A stretch of 64,000 nt of DNA, taken from contig JAKIMF020000004.1 of assembly GCA_022605425.2 (NCBI GenBank), positions 682,001-746,000 on the forward strand. The letters run 5' to 3'. Under the pieces are notes generated by a model that had not been told where the DNA came from, made no database searches, and saw nothing but the letters and a program-made list of their open reading frames with translations. Every line of letters begins with the position of its first letter. Within the stretch, counting starts at the first letter, position 1. The DNA is from Hamiltosporidium tvaerminnensis FI-OER-3-3. Its lineage: Eukaryota; Fungi; Microsporidia. Below are positions 52,900 to 64,000 of the stretch, piece after piece. The position numbers were made by a program, and so were the translations under genes.

Positions 52900-55800
52900 A
52901 TTCCTTATAAACAGTTTATTTTATTCCAATTTATTTATTTTTGTTGTCATATCTAGCTTCATTCTACCATTTAGCTATGTAAATTTGAAATGGCTTTTCT
53001 ACTTGACTATTGTTTTATGCTTCGGTCAAAGCTTTGATTTCTGCCTTTTATTCACGGTTTTAAATTTAATAATCTTAGATTTTGTTCACATAACACATTT
53101 ACTTCCTTGGCGCGTATACTTAATGAATATATTTCGTATGGTTCTCTTATTTTTTATGACATTTTCTTATGTCTTTCTTAGCTTTATTGTGGTTCAGACT
53201 CGACCCGGTTATTTTTTCCTATCAATTTTTCATAGTTTTGACTATTTCATAAGTGTGTGCAATAATATTTACATCTCTATCTTTACTAAATTTGACTTAC
53301 TACAATGTGCATTGATAGTATGTAATTGAAACTAGCACATTATGTTATCAAAAAGCAACCTAGTTTTGAAAAAAATCTCTAAGGAAGACTGGTTCAAACT
53401 CTCAATTCGTCGAAATTCTTTAGTTTTTTTGGTTTCAACGATTTCAAGCGAACTATCTGAAATAATTCTAACCTCGAACAAAAATTTTTTTGTAAAAATG
53501 AAAATATCTGATCTATAATTTCGAATTTGGATATCGGTGTTAATTATCGTGTCGATTCTTAGCTCAACATACTTGTTTTCAAAATATATTGAACTGAAAT
53601 TAAATCAGAATTATTTTTCTAAACCCAAATTTTTATATATTTAGAAAGTGTAAGTGAAGAAGTCTCACCACTTTAATATATCCTAGGTATTGTCTAGAAA
53701 TACCCTATAATACATCTTGTAGCAAATTTCATCGTTTTTCTTATGGTGGTATTAAGATTAATTAACACTTATCTTTTGTTACTGTGATATATATCATCAT
53801 AGCAGAACATTGGTTTATTGCTTGGCTTAATTTTCTAATTCTTAAGCCAGGCGAAAAAATCACCTCAAATAAGAGCTCGTTTTTTCTTGATAATATAACT
53901 TTAAGGGGTGCCTTCGTATTTTCTATTTCGCTGTATATTTCAATTGGTTGTGCTTCCCAAACTTTTCTTCGTGGCTTTTCTTCAGACTTATATTTTGGTT
54001 TTAAGAAACCTTTTATTTGTGCAAGATGGATTTTATTTGAATTCCCCATTTTTGGCCTTATTGACCTTCGTGCATATAATTCTTTATTTTCTCCTGCACA
54101 ATCCAAGAGCTTAAAGTATTTCTTTGCTTTGCAACTCGACATTATGTAAGTTTCTTCTATGTTCTATTCTAAGAATACTAGCGCTCTTTATATTCTAAGC
54201 GAAAATGTACCTTATGTTTTATCAACACTTCACGAAACGTATTTCCTAACTTGGAGAAGTCAGCCGATTCAAGTCGAAGTACTCTTGTGTGATAGTTAAT
54301 TCACACGATCGCATGTTTTTTTATGGCAGAAAAAATTGCATAAAGATAGTGTGACGAGATCTTGCAACTCTTGCTAATGTCGCTTTTTACTTTTTACTTT
54401 TTATATTTACTTTTTTTTAATAAGCTAGATGCCGAATTGCCTTTTCTTTCTTGTATTAGAAGCAAATTTTACAAACACCAACATCCAGAAGAAGAGTAGC
54501 AGTATCTTTGCATCATTTATCCTTCTTCATTGATTGTTCTCTGGTATAGTTTAAATCCAATGACAGAAAAAATTTTATCTATGCTTTCATGAATCTATAT
54601 GCTAAACTTTTTGCTGCATGTGACTAAAGATCATGAATTAATAAAATTTGATTGGGACCTAGGGAACTGCACGACTTGGTAATGTCACTTTGGTGGTCTT
54701 AAAGTAAAATTTCAGTTTAATAGGTCTATATACACTCGGAAAGCTAAGGATAGAAACTATCTCTTTGGCTAAAAACTCTATCGTTTTCCTTGTTCGTGTT
54801 TTTTTAAGACCTTACTGAACTATCATTTTTATTTTGATATTGTGCCTTAATAAATTGAAGGATTTAATCATGTCAAATACAGTTTTCAATGTATTAAGTC
54901 AAATAAGCATAATCTTTTAAATTTTTTTGGCATTAATTACTGTCGCTATAAAACTTTAACCATAAACTTTCTCTAGGACACATCCAGTATTTATTTCTTT
55001 TCTTCACAATTGCCCACCTCTTACTACAGCCAACGGAATATCTGCTGGGGAAACTCGGTTTTCCAGGCCAAGCTAATAAATTTTGTCGCAAGTTTTCACA
55101 TCAGCATGTTCAAGTTTGACATATAGAAAATTAGGTTGTGGTCAGTATTTCTCAGGGTATCCTTTCTGATATCGGATAAGTAAGCGCATGATATATCACT
55201 CATCTTGTGAAGTTCATCTAAAAATTTGACTTTCACAATAGCCTAATGATATTTAAAAAAATTCTGTGATTCTTGATGTATAAATTGTAAATACCATCAT
55301 TTTAGCAGCTTTGCAGTTTGGAAAATACATTAATGATACCAGAAAAATTTTCAAGGCATTAAAACGAGCTTAATGCGTATCAGATACAAGCAAAATCGAA
55401 TCATATACAGGCCTGGTTTATTCATTCTTGATACGCATTGTGGAGGAACTGGAATTTCTTCACGACAAATATAATGCCAGATTAAAAACAATTAAATAAC
55501 CAACGATAAAATTTACCTTGGAATAACCTCAACATACAATTCACTTTTCGTATGTTCCCTATTTTCATAGATCATAGTTTTTTTATGTAGGCATTCTGAA
55601 TAACTAAAGCGTCAGAAAGAACAATTATACTTCTATGGTTTAAACTGATTTTCGCATAATTTTTTTAAGGTTGTTTTGCTCAAACGGAGAGCCTTTTCAT
55701 CTATCGGCTTTTCAATGATATCTTTAAACGGTACTAGCTCTGTGATTTTACTCCTTATGTTTCTCTTCCCGGTTAATCAAGGCTTCTTTTTATGAGTTTC

Positions 55801-56420
55801 TGCCTAGAACATACCTGTGTAGCTTATATGATACGTGCGGTGCCCGAAATCGAACTTATTCCCCTAGCTTTGGCCTAAATATATACTATTCAATCAATTA
55901 AGTTCAGAATTTTACTGTCATTTGATTCACTCATCTGTTTTAGTGTTCGGATCACTACTTTTCCTGTTTTCATCTTCGAATTTCTTTTTTGATTTTACTA
56001 AAACTTTTTCTCTCGGGTTTAGCTACTCTGTTTAGTCGAACAGAGCACCAAATCCAATGCAAGAAAGTGCGATTCCTTGTCTTTCTCTATCCTCTTCTGA
56101 TTTTATTTTTCTTTCCGTCTCACATTGTGCTAACTATTTCAACAAATCAATATCAAAAGTACAGCCAATTTTCTCAATACACTACATTGTGAGGATAGAA
56201 AAGCTATTCCAATGCCTTTTTTCAAATACCTTCTGCACTGAAAGAAAAGCAGATTTAGACTTTTGTTGCTATACGGCTGTGACATGGTGAGTACCGTATG
56301 TAGTACTAATAGGTTCACCTCCGTGATGTCAGTAATATTAATATTTGTCATTCGGGGTCGGCTGATTTACACTTGGTAGTATAGAAGAAGGAAGACGAAG
56401 GTATGGTGGGAAGCAAGTGT
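52900..56420 (-). mobile_element. Heavily decayed near-full-length R4/Dong-like non-LTR retrotransposon
   Basis: 54252-54300 matches 592-640 (GAGAAGTCAGCCG.TTCAAGTCGAAGTACTC). 55281-55322 matches 1634-1673, and 55810-55845 matches 2190-2222. ORF 53762-54142 aligns to the post-RT region, and ~53430-53580 gives RLE-region peptides (ENKYVELRIDT..TDIQIRNYRSDIF, LEIVET). The ends are approximate. Confidence 0.82.
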
Positions 56421-57174
56421 ACTAGACTAGTCTGACAATTATTGATTGGTGTAATTGTGAATTATTTTTTAAGGCTCAGCTAATTTTAGACACTATTAGA
56501 ATTCTTTTCGAATCTAGATCTCATATTTTATCTCTTTTAAATTATTCTCCGTGTTTTTTTACTGGCATTATTCATTTTTTAATTTTCATCCCCAACTTTT
56601 TTCTTTCTACACACAAAAGGAATTTTAACTTATTGTTTTTGGAAATGATGTTGATCTAACTAGTTTGATTGATGGCGTATACTATTGAGCCATTTTAATG
56701 CAATTAAATGATTTAAAATGTAAAAAAGGAGGTTTTGTTTATAACAGAAAGTTCAGTTAATTAATACTAGTGTTTCTGTTTGCAACACAAATATCTTAGT
56801 TTAAAAAATAAATATTCTTCGATGTTTTTGTTATTTTTAATTTTTTATTGATCGTTTTTGAAATTACAATTCATTATCATATTTATTTACTCCTTAAAAA
56901 GTCTTTATGTATAAAAATATGTAGCACTAATAAGGGGTATATTTTACGTGATATCTCACTTCGGTATTAGACTTTAAGGCGTATAAAAATGTTTATCATA
57001 TAGATTAGTCTTAAACAGAATCTGAAATCCTATTTTCGTACCAAAATTTAGGGTGCATGTAAATATCTATCATAAATGAATTTTAAATAATTTGTTTCAT
57101 ATGATTATTGTATTTATCTTTACATAAAAATTTTTGTTGATAAAAACGTATAATTTGAGTTGCTTTTTATCAAA

Positions 57175-57240
57175 CAAAGGCTGCCAAACTTTTTAGCCCA
57201 CGGACCACATTAACTTCTATAAAATGTCTGGAGGACCAAA
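57175..57240 (+). mobile_element. Possible orphan hAT-like terminal sequence
   Basis: CAAAGGCTGCCAAACTTTTTAGCCCACGGACCAC...GGACCA resembles hAT (Charlie/Buster-type) ends with subterminal repeats. No partner end was found. Confidence 0.3.
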
Positions 57241-57846
57241 AGCTCATTAGATTTTATATTTAAGTACTGAAAAGCATTCCATCCTCGTTTATTGTTAATA
57301 TTTTTAAAAGAAATGTTAAAAGTTTTTTACAGATGTTAAAAAAAGTAAAAATGTAATTTGACAATATTTTAAAAGAAAAAATTCGAATCAATTACTTAAT
57401 TTTTCTAAGGGGCTTTCGGCTAAAAATTCAATACTTTCATAAATTTGCTGAGGGTTTATTTCTGCTCTCGGCACTAGCTATTTATCTAAAAAAATATTCT
57501 TTAAAATGAAATACTTAAAAAATACTTTTGATAAAACGATTATAGATGATCTTAAGATCATTATTATTACTTTTTACGAATAATGTTAACCAAAAACTCT
57601 AATAAATTATTAGTTAGGAACCTCCATCGCATCAATATCGTAATAATATATCATGCTACCTATTTTCGTTATTTCTTTTCGTTTTTTGGTATAAAATAAT
57701 CAAGAAATTTGATTTAGGTTTAAAAGAATTCGAAATATAAAAAAGCTCCTTAGTATTACAAATCCATTCTAAGAATTATTCATAATTGTAATTTCCTCTG
57801 GATAATTTATTTATATTTTTTTTGGCTTATATAAAGAACACATGAC

Positions 57847-58058
57847 GGAGGGGGATAACCGCATTAAATACTATCTGCTTGGCAATGAGTGTCTTGAATT
57901 GTACGAAAATTATTGTTGAGATTTTGGTGCGATATAAATCACGCTGGTTTTATAGGCTAATCCCCTATAATTTTGATTTATACCGATTAAAAGGGACAAA
58001 TGAGAAATTTGAATTTGTTCATATTCGAAAGCGAGAGGTAAAAGAAGATACGAATAAG
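57847..58058 (+). repeat. Structured element family, type B copy 3
   Basis: GGAGGGGGATAACCGCATTAAATACTATCTGCTTGGCAATGAGTGT...TTATTGTTGAGATTTTGGTG...TATAGGCTAATCCCC...GATTAAAAG...TTGTTC...TTCGAAAGCGAGAGGTAAAAG...GAATAAG. Confidence 0.82.
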
Positions 58059-58174
58059 TCAAAAAAAAACACTTACGCTAGCAAAAAAACCGGTTCGTCT
58101 GATAAATGTCTGCGATCCGCTGTTTTTAGCCCCCGGATTTATACAAAAATATTAAAATTTCTTCGTAGTCTTTC

Positions 58175-58900
58175 GGGGAGGGAGGATAAACACATCAAAA
58201 ACTTTCTGCTTGGCAATGAGTGTGTGAAACTGTTGTGAAGTCATTGTTTGGATTTTGGTGGGAATAAAACTACACTACATCTTCGGTTGTTCCATGGGTG
58301 TTGTTAAGAGGAGGAGAGGTCTAAGAAATGGAGAAACTTTTTCTACAAATTTATTTGTAGCTTTTTAAGTAACTAGATTGCAGACCGCAGCTGAACATGT
58401 AGGTAATTGCCATGTAAAAGCATGGAAACCTAGCCTTGCTCACTCGGGTTAGAAGACTTAGCGCCTGGGAGATATAAAAATAAAACCCATTAAAAGCCGG
58501 GAGAGCTAAGTAGCAGGTTATACCTGTTGGTATGACATTGCACTGTCTAGGTGGACCCCATGTAAGTCTCTGAAATATATCTTTGCTAGAATTTTATTGG
58601 GTTCAGAAGGGATAGAGTAAATGGGAATGCTGTATAGTCTCGGGAAGCCTAGAAGGGAGGCTTCGGCTTTCGATCACACTCCATGCAACAGACATTAACG
58701 AACTCCGGGCAACCGCCTCGCCTTTTAATTAGGTTCTGCACACCTGGTAGATGAAAGGCTTTGAGACGTAGGTATCGCAGGGGTACTGATAGAGTGTTGG
58801 GCTAGTAATTATTTATGTTAAACCTAGAACTGCGTTAATGTCATAAAAACAAATATAATACCTGCAACTATTTCAAAAAGATGCGATACTTTTAAATAAA
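58175..58900 (+). repeat. Structured element type A copy 4
   Basis: Full-length collinear match to 5351-6078, ending TTTAAATAAA. Confidence 0.9.
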
Positions 58901-61280
58901 ATTCTCCCTAGTCTTATATTTTAAAAATATAGTTAGAATCAGAGAAGAAAGTAGAAGAAAAAATATCTGAATAACTTCAAAGGATAAAACTATAAAAGTT
59001 TAAACAATAAATAAAACAAAAAGATAAATGAATCTAATCTTTTTATTTCTCTAAACAATAAATATAATTATAGCAATAGAAATATGAGCAGAAGACGGAT
59101 CCTTTAGTAAAAGTATTTAAAATTAGTTCGCATTCTAAAGCTAGGACTTCACCTTAATTTGTTTCTTTTAACCGTTTTTTTGCTGTCTTTTTGCGTGAAA
59201 GTGCGACAAGTTTGAAAAAAGAATGGCTCAATAAGCCAAACCAGGCTACTTGTTTTTCCATTACCAAACCGAATGCAAAGTTTCTTTTAAATTCAAGATA
59301 TGCAAATCTATCTCAAACCATAATTTTTGATTATTCGTTTTCACATTTAATTTATATTTTTGCACTTTCCCCAAGACAATTTTTCCGTCGCTTCTTAATT
59401 TTAACATATATTAAGGCGGAAACCTTTTAAATTTTAACAAATTGCTCCTTATTTCTTATATAAATTCGAACTATACCTTCGATTTTGATTGTATTCTCTT
59501 TAGGCGATTATAAAGTGCTAATCTTTAGAATATATCGTGAGGATGGTAATCCTATGTCTAATTCGCTATTTATTTCTTTATATTTTTTTCGACGTCTATC
59601 GAGCATACCTTATCTTTTTAATGCATAATCTAGCAGATCGTTTAAAAAAACATTTTTTGGGTTGCGAACTGAATAATAAGATTTATTTTATGTGTTTCTT
59701 AATCTTTAAAGCCTTTACATATCTTTTTGCATAACTTTATTACTGTAAATTTATTTGCAAAAAGCAAAATATATTATTACCAGAAATATGAACATGAAGA
59801 AAAAGAGAAAAACATATTTGTAAGAGATTTTTTAAAGAGCTATTTAAATAAGTTATTTAGAAAACATTTTTTATATATATTTGATGATCAATTGAAAATA
59901 TTAACATTGATCTGTATTTTTCGTGTCTCCTGTTGTTTTTTGAAAGCTATGAAAAAATACAACGTACTAAGAGTGGCTTAAATATAATCTTATAGAATTT
60001 TAGTAGGGCTTGGAGCCATTTCCGTCACTTTGTATCCTTTAATAGCGCTTTTGCTATATTTACTTACAAAAAAAAGAAGGATTTAAACATTTTTTTCGAT
60101 TAATTCATTTTATCTATCATCCTCTTGTTAAAATAGATAGAAGCAAAGCAATATTTTAATATGATGAAGCTTTTCAAGCCTATAAAAATTTTCAAACTCG
60201 ATTTTAGTGGAAGGCTTCATATTTTTATTTTTTCTAAGATATTTTTTGTGATCTAAATGTATAAAAAGTATATTTCAATGAAAGATAAAAAAAGCCTGTG
60301 CCATAATCCTAACACAAAAAATTAAAGTGAAACTAACTACGTATCTAGTTTTTGAATTTTTACGCTTCAGCTTCATAATCTTGGTAATTTTTCTGAATCC
60401 TTGATTGTTTACTCGTTTTCGCAAAAAAATTGGTTTTTGCGATCAAAAATGCATTTAATGTAATTTTTACGTGCCTATATGATCGACTGGTTTTAATATC
60501 TGTTGAATTTTAATTCTCCTTGATTAATATTTAATAGGTTAAGTAATAGGCAATGAGGATGAGGACGCGACATTTATTGGCAAATACGGTGTTTTTTTTG
60601 TCAAAGCTGTTTCTTTTTAAGAACAACAATGGTTGTTTTTCTAATATTCCGCAATTTCTTTTCGTTATTTATTGCTCTCCAAGATAATATCAATTTTCAG
60701 GCTCGATTAAAACATCTTTAGTATAATCGTAAAAATCTAAATTAATATTTGTTATTTAGGTTTCTTCGGTCTTCTTATATTATAACAAATGGTCTATTTT
60801 CAAACGGAATTATTTGTCCATTCGATAAAGTACTTTGTAGGAATGGGGTTAATATCACTATCGAGTATGTTCGTCATGTCGTTTTCTGATTTGGGGTATA
60901 ACCGATCTTTAATGTATCTACAAACAAAATTTAAAAACAGACATATTGTATTATTTATAATGCCGATCTAAAATCAATAAATTTATTTTATAAATACTTA
61001 TCATACATTTTATTGAATTCTTTTTTAGGCCTAAATTCAATTTCCATATAAAATAGTATTACTCGCATTTTGAATTAAACTTAAATTATATTTTTTATGT
61101 AAAAAAGGTTTTGGAAATTCGCTTACTTTTGATACCAAAAGCAATTAAAACTTATTTTCTTTTTCAAAAGTTAGAATTTTTACTTTTGGAACACATTTAA
61201 ACTTTATCGAAGATATTATATAAAACATAATTTTTATCCAGAGAATATACTTTTGAAAATGAAAAGTTTTTTTACTTCAA

Positions 61281-63749
61281 TTTATCAATTGGCTTCCTAA
61301 CTGGAAAGCCGCCGGAATTGATGGGATCTACAATTTTTATATCAAGAAACTTACGACTCTTCACAAGTATCTTTATGATATTGTGAAAGCCATATGTTTT
61401 GAAGGAACACCACAAGCTAATTGGTTTTATCATGGGCTTCGTATCTCATTCCAAAAAGCGTACCACAAAAAGGCTCCGACTATAGGCCAATAACTTGTAT
61501 GTCAAACCTTTACAAGCTGACGACAAAGTGTGTTACAAAAGTTGTTCAGCTTGAGGTGGAGAGGCGAGGGTTACTAGCAGATAATCAATTGGGTGCTGTG
61601 AGAGGTGTGCAAGGAGCGAAAAAGCAGGCCCTGCTAAATGTTTCTCTTAATAAAGAGTATGGAAACAATCTTAAGGCAACATGGATTGATGTCAAAAAAG
61701 CGTTTGTTCAATAGATCATGCTTATTTGACATAAGTCATCGAAAACCTTAATTTACCTGATTGAATCCTGAAATTTATTAAGGTAACAATATCAAAATGG
61801 AAAATTGATATTTCGGTAGGGTCTGAAAAAATTATGAACAAGAAGATTGATAAGGGGATTCTACAGGGAGATAGTTTGTCACCCTTATTGTTTGTGCTGT
61901 GTATGGATCCATTGAGTCGTAAACTCAATGAAGAATACGCAAAGGTGACAATACAAACGGAGGATGCATCCCACTCTACCAATCATCTCTTGTTCATTGA
62001 TGATCTTAAGCTCCTTGCCAAAGATGGAACAACGCTTGAAAAGATGACGGAGGAGGTAAAAATGTTTATGAAAAATATAGGATTAGAAATAAACAGAGAG
62101 AAGTCGGCCACGAATGATTCGTGTTGTGAGAATACTGCTACTCTTCTTGAAGGAATAGGTGTTTACAAATACCTCGGAATAATAGAAGATAGCAGAGGAA
62201 TTCCAACACGTAAATCGTTTGAGGAAGTACAAACCAAACTGATAGCGAGGGTAGAGAGACTTTGCCGCACGAGATTGAATGCAAGAAATTTATTTCAAGC
62301 TATCAATCAACATGCGATATCTCTAATAAACTATCATATAGGTGTACTTCGACTTGAACCTGGCGACTTCTCAAAGTTGGATGACGCAGTACGTGCAGTT
62401 TTAGTAAAGAACAAGATACATCTTCGCCCAGGATGTAAAGAGCGCCTGTACCTTCCCAGAACAGAACTTGGGAGAGGTCTTCATAGTGTTGAGTTCAAAA
62501 GCGAACATATGCTTTTGCAACTCTTGGATATTCTGGAAAAATCTAAAGAAACATCGACCAGAAGAGCAGCAATCCTTAAGGTGGAGAATGATAATAAAAC
62601 CCATCTTGCACTTTTAAAGACTTTTTACAAGTAAAATACGGGATGGCAGAGGAGGTCACTAAAAATAAATTAGATGAAGCTCAACTAGCTAACTTATATA
62701 ACGAAATAGAAAAACGAAAAATACATTCAAAGTTATATAATGCTAGAAACAACGAGCTAGTAAGTGTAAATGACTCCTCAAGATGGTTAAAGAAAGGAAG
62801 TGTAAGACCGCGTGATGAAGCAGTGTTCTGCTATATCCAGGATAGAAACGTATTTTGGGGAGCAGAAGGTGTGTGTCAACACTGCAACACGTCTAGAAAA
62901 ACAGTAGACCATTTAGCAACGAGATGTGAAAAAATGCTTGGTCATGACTATACTAGACGACTCAATGAAGTGGTACGATGTATACATTTGCTCTTGTTAA
63001 ATAAATATAAATTCAAGTCCTCAAAACGAATCAGAAGCCACTCAGTTCATGAAATTCTTGATAATGAGTATGCAGAGATAAGAGTGGACACCAGAATAAA
63101 AACTGATGTCAAAATTCGAAATAACAGACCCGAAATATAAATTTTAGATAAGAAGAAGAATAAGATTACCCTCATTGAAGTAGGAATCACCTCCCAAGAC
63201 TCACTTCAAATAGTTGAAACAGAGAAACTTAGGAAGTATGACCTATTAGCAAATGATCTGGGTCTTATTTACAAGTGTAGTGTTGAGATAATCCCTTATG
63301 TGATAACATGGGACGGTATTGTGACAAAATACCATAAGACTTATCTTAAAAGATTACAAATACCCATAAATGTAGAGGCATACATTCAGTAGTACTTAAG
63401 AAAACAGTCGAAATGATTTCCTTCGATCGACGAAGAGGAATTGAGTCAGGACCAAGTGCCGAAGAGAGCTGGGAGAGAGCGTCATTAAGTGTTATTATAG
63501 GAGCTGAGATGCATAAACAGCCAACATCCCCCTTAAAAGAAGTGAAGAACGAGGAAGATAGTGTTAAACAAGTAAATTCAAAAAATATTTTACCCCTTAT
63601 TTTAGATGACGTAACCAGACCAAAGGAACCGACGATAGACATTAATGATAAGTCGGATGTAGAAAAAGAGAATAAAGTGGTTAAAGTGATGGAAGAAATT
63701 AGTTAAACGAGAGAAAATTTGTTAACCCAGAATTTTATTAAATAAATAA
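61281..63749 (+). mobile_element. 5'-truncated R4/Dong-like non-LTR retrotransposon (RT, CCHC knuckle, restriction-like endonuclease), pseudogenised
   Basis: Motifs GILQGDSLSPLLF, FIDD, YKYLG, CQHC..HLATRC, RPEI(RPD)...LIEVGI...KLRKY. It has several stops and frameshifts, begins abruptly at INWLPNWKAAG and ends in TTATTAAATAAATAA. Confidence 0.93.
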
Positions 63750-64000
63750 TTCTTTCTTACATGTTAAGGTTTATGATAAAACTAATATTTGAAAGGAAAT
63801 TTTTAAATGTTATAGTTTTGATTTGGCTTCTCGGGAATTTTATGATAAATAACGAAATGGTTATATTAAGTCGTCGAAATCCAAATTTAGGTCGCCAAAT
63901 ATGTTTTTATGATAGTCTCGCAACCAGAAACGACTTATTGCCTGGAAGTTTTATATCGTTTTATTTTCTCTAGAACAATTGGATTTTACTCTGTATATGA

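Noticed and set aside
57879-58238. 119 aa ORF, and the 67 aa ORF at 50322-50525, overlapping the repeat family
   Set aside because: Non-ATG starts, and the frames are not conserved between copies.

Overview
This is very AT-rich, gene-sparse eukaryotic DNA. Short intronless genes with a CCC motif just before the ATG, N/Q-rich peptide repeats and many decayed TEs point to a large-genome microsporidian, Hamiltosporidium-like (inference). Only three convincing host genes are present: CTF18 (3300-5000, +), a short possibly Nup49/Nup58-like gene (51186-51611, +) and glyoxalase II (51888-52649, -). Mobile DNA comprises three decayed R4/Dong-like RLE non-LTR retrotransposons, a DD39D mariner with both TIRs, a Ginger2/KRBA2-like integrase fossil, an RTE-like 5' UTR relic and a possible hAT end. 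A ~35 kb interval has no intact gene. The most striking feature is a non-coding, modular repeat family with eight members. Four are ~730-nt type A copies (5351-6078, 45952-46663, 50250-50974, 58175-58900). Three are ~210-nt type B copies sharing only the 5' domain (44700-44910 -, 49683-49894 -, 57847-58058 +). One is a compact type C copy sharing only the 3' domain (48330-48725 -). Comparing the subfamilies by eye shows G-U-preserving and compensatory stem changes, a cUUCGg tetraloop and an invariant complementary loop pair. This fits a large structured RNA (SINE-like and/or ribozyme-like) that I do not recognise. All alignments and folds were done by eye.
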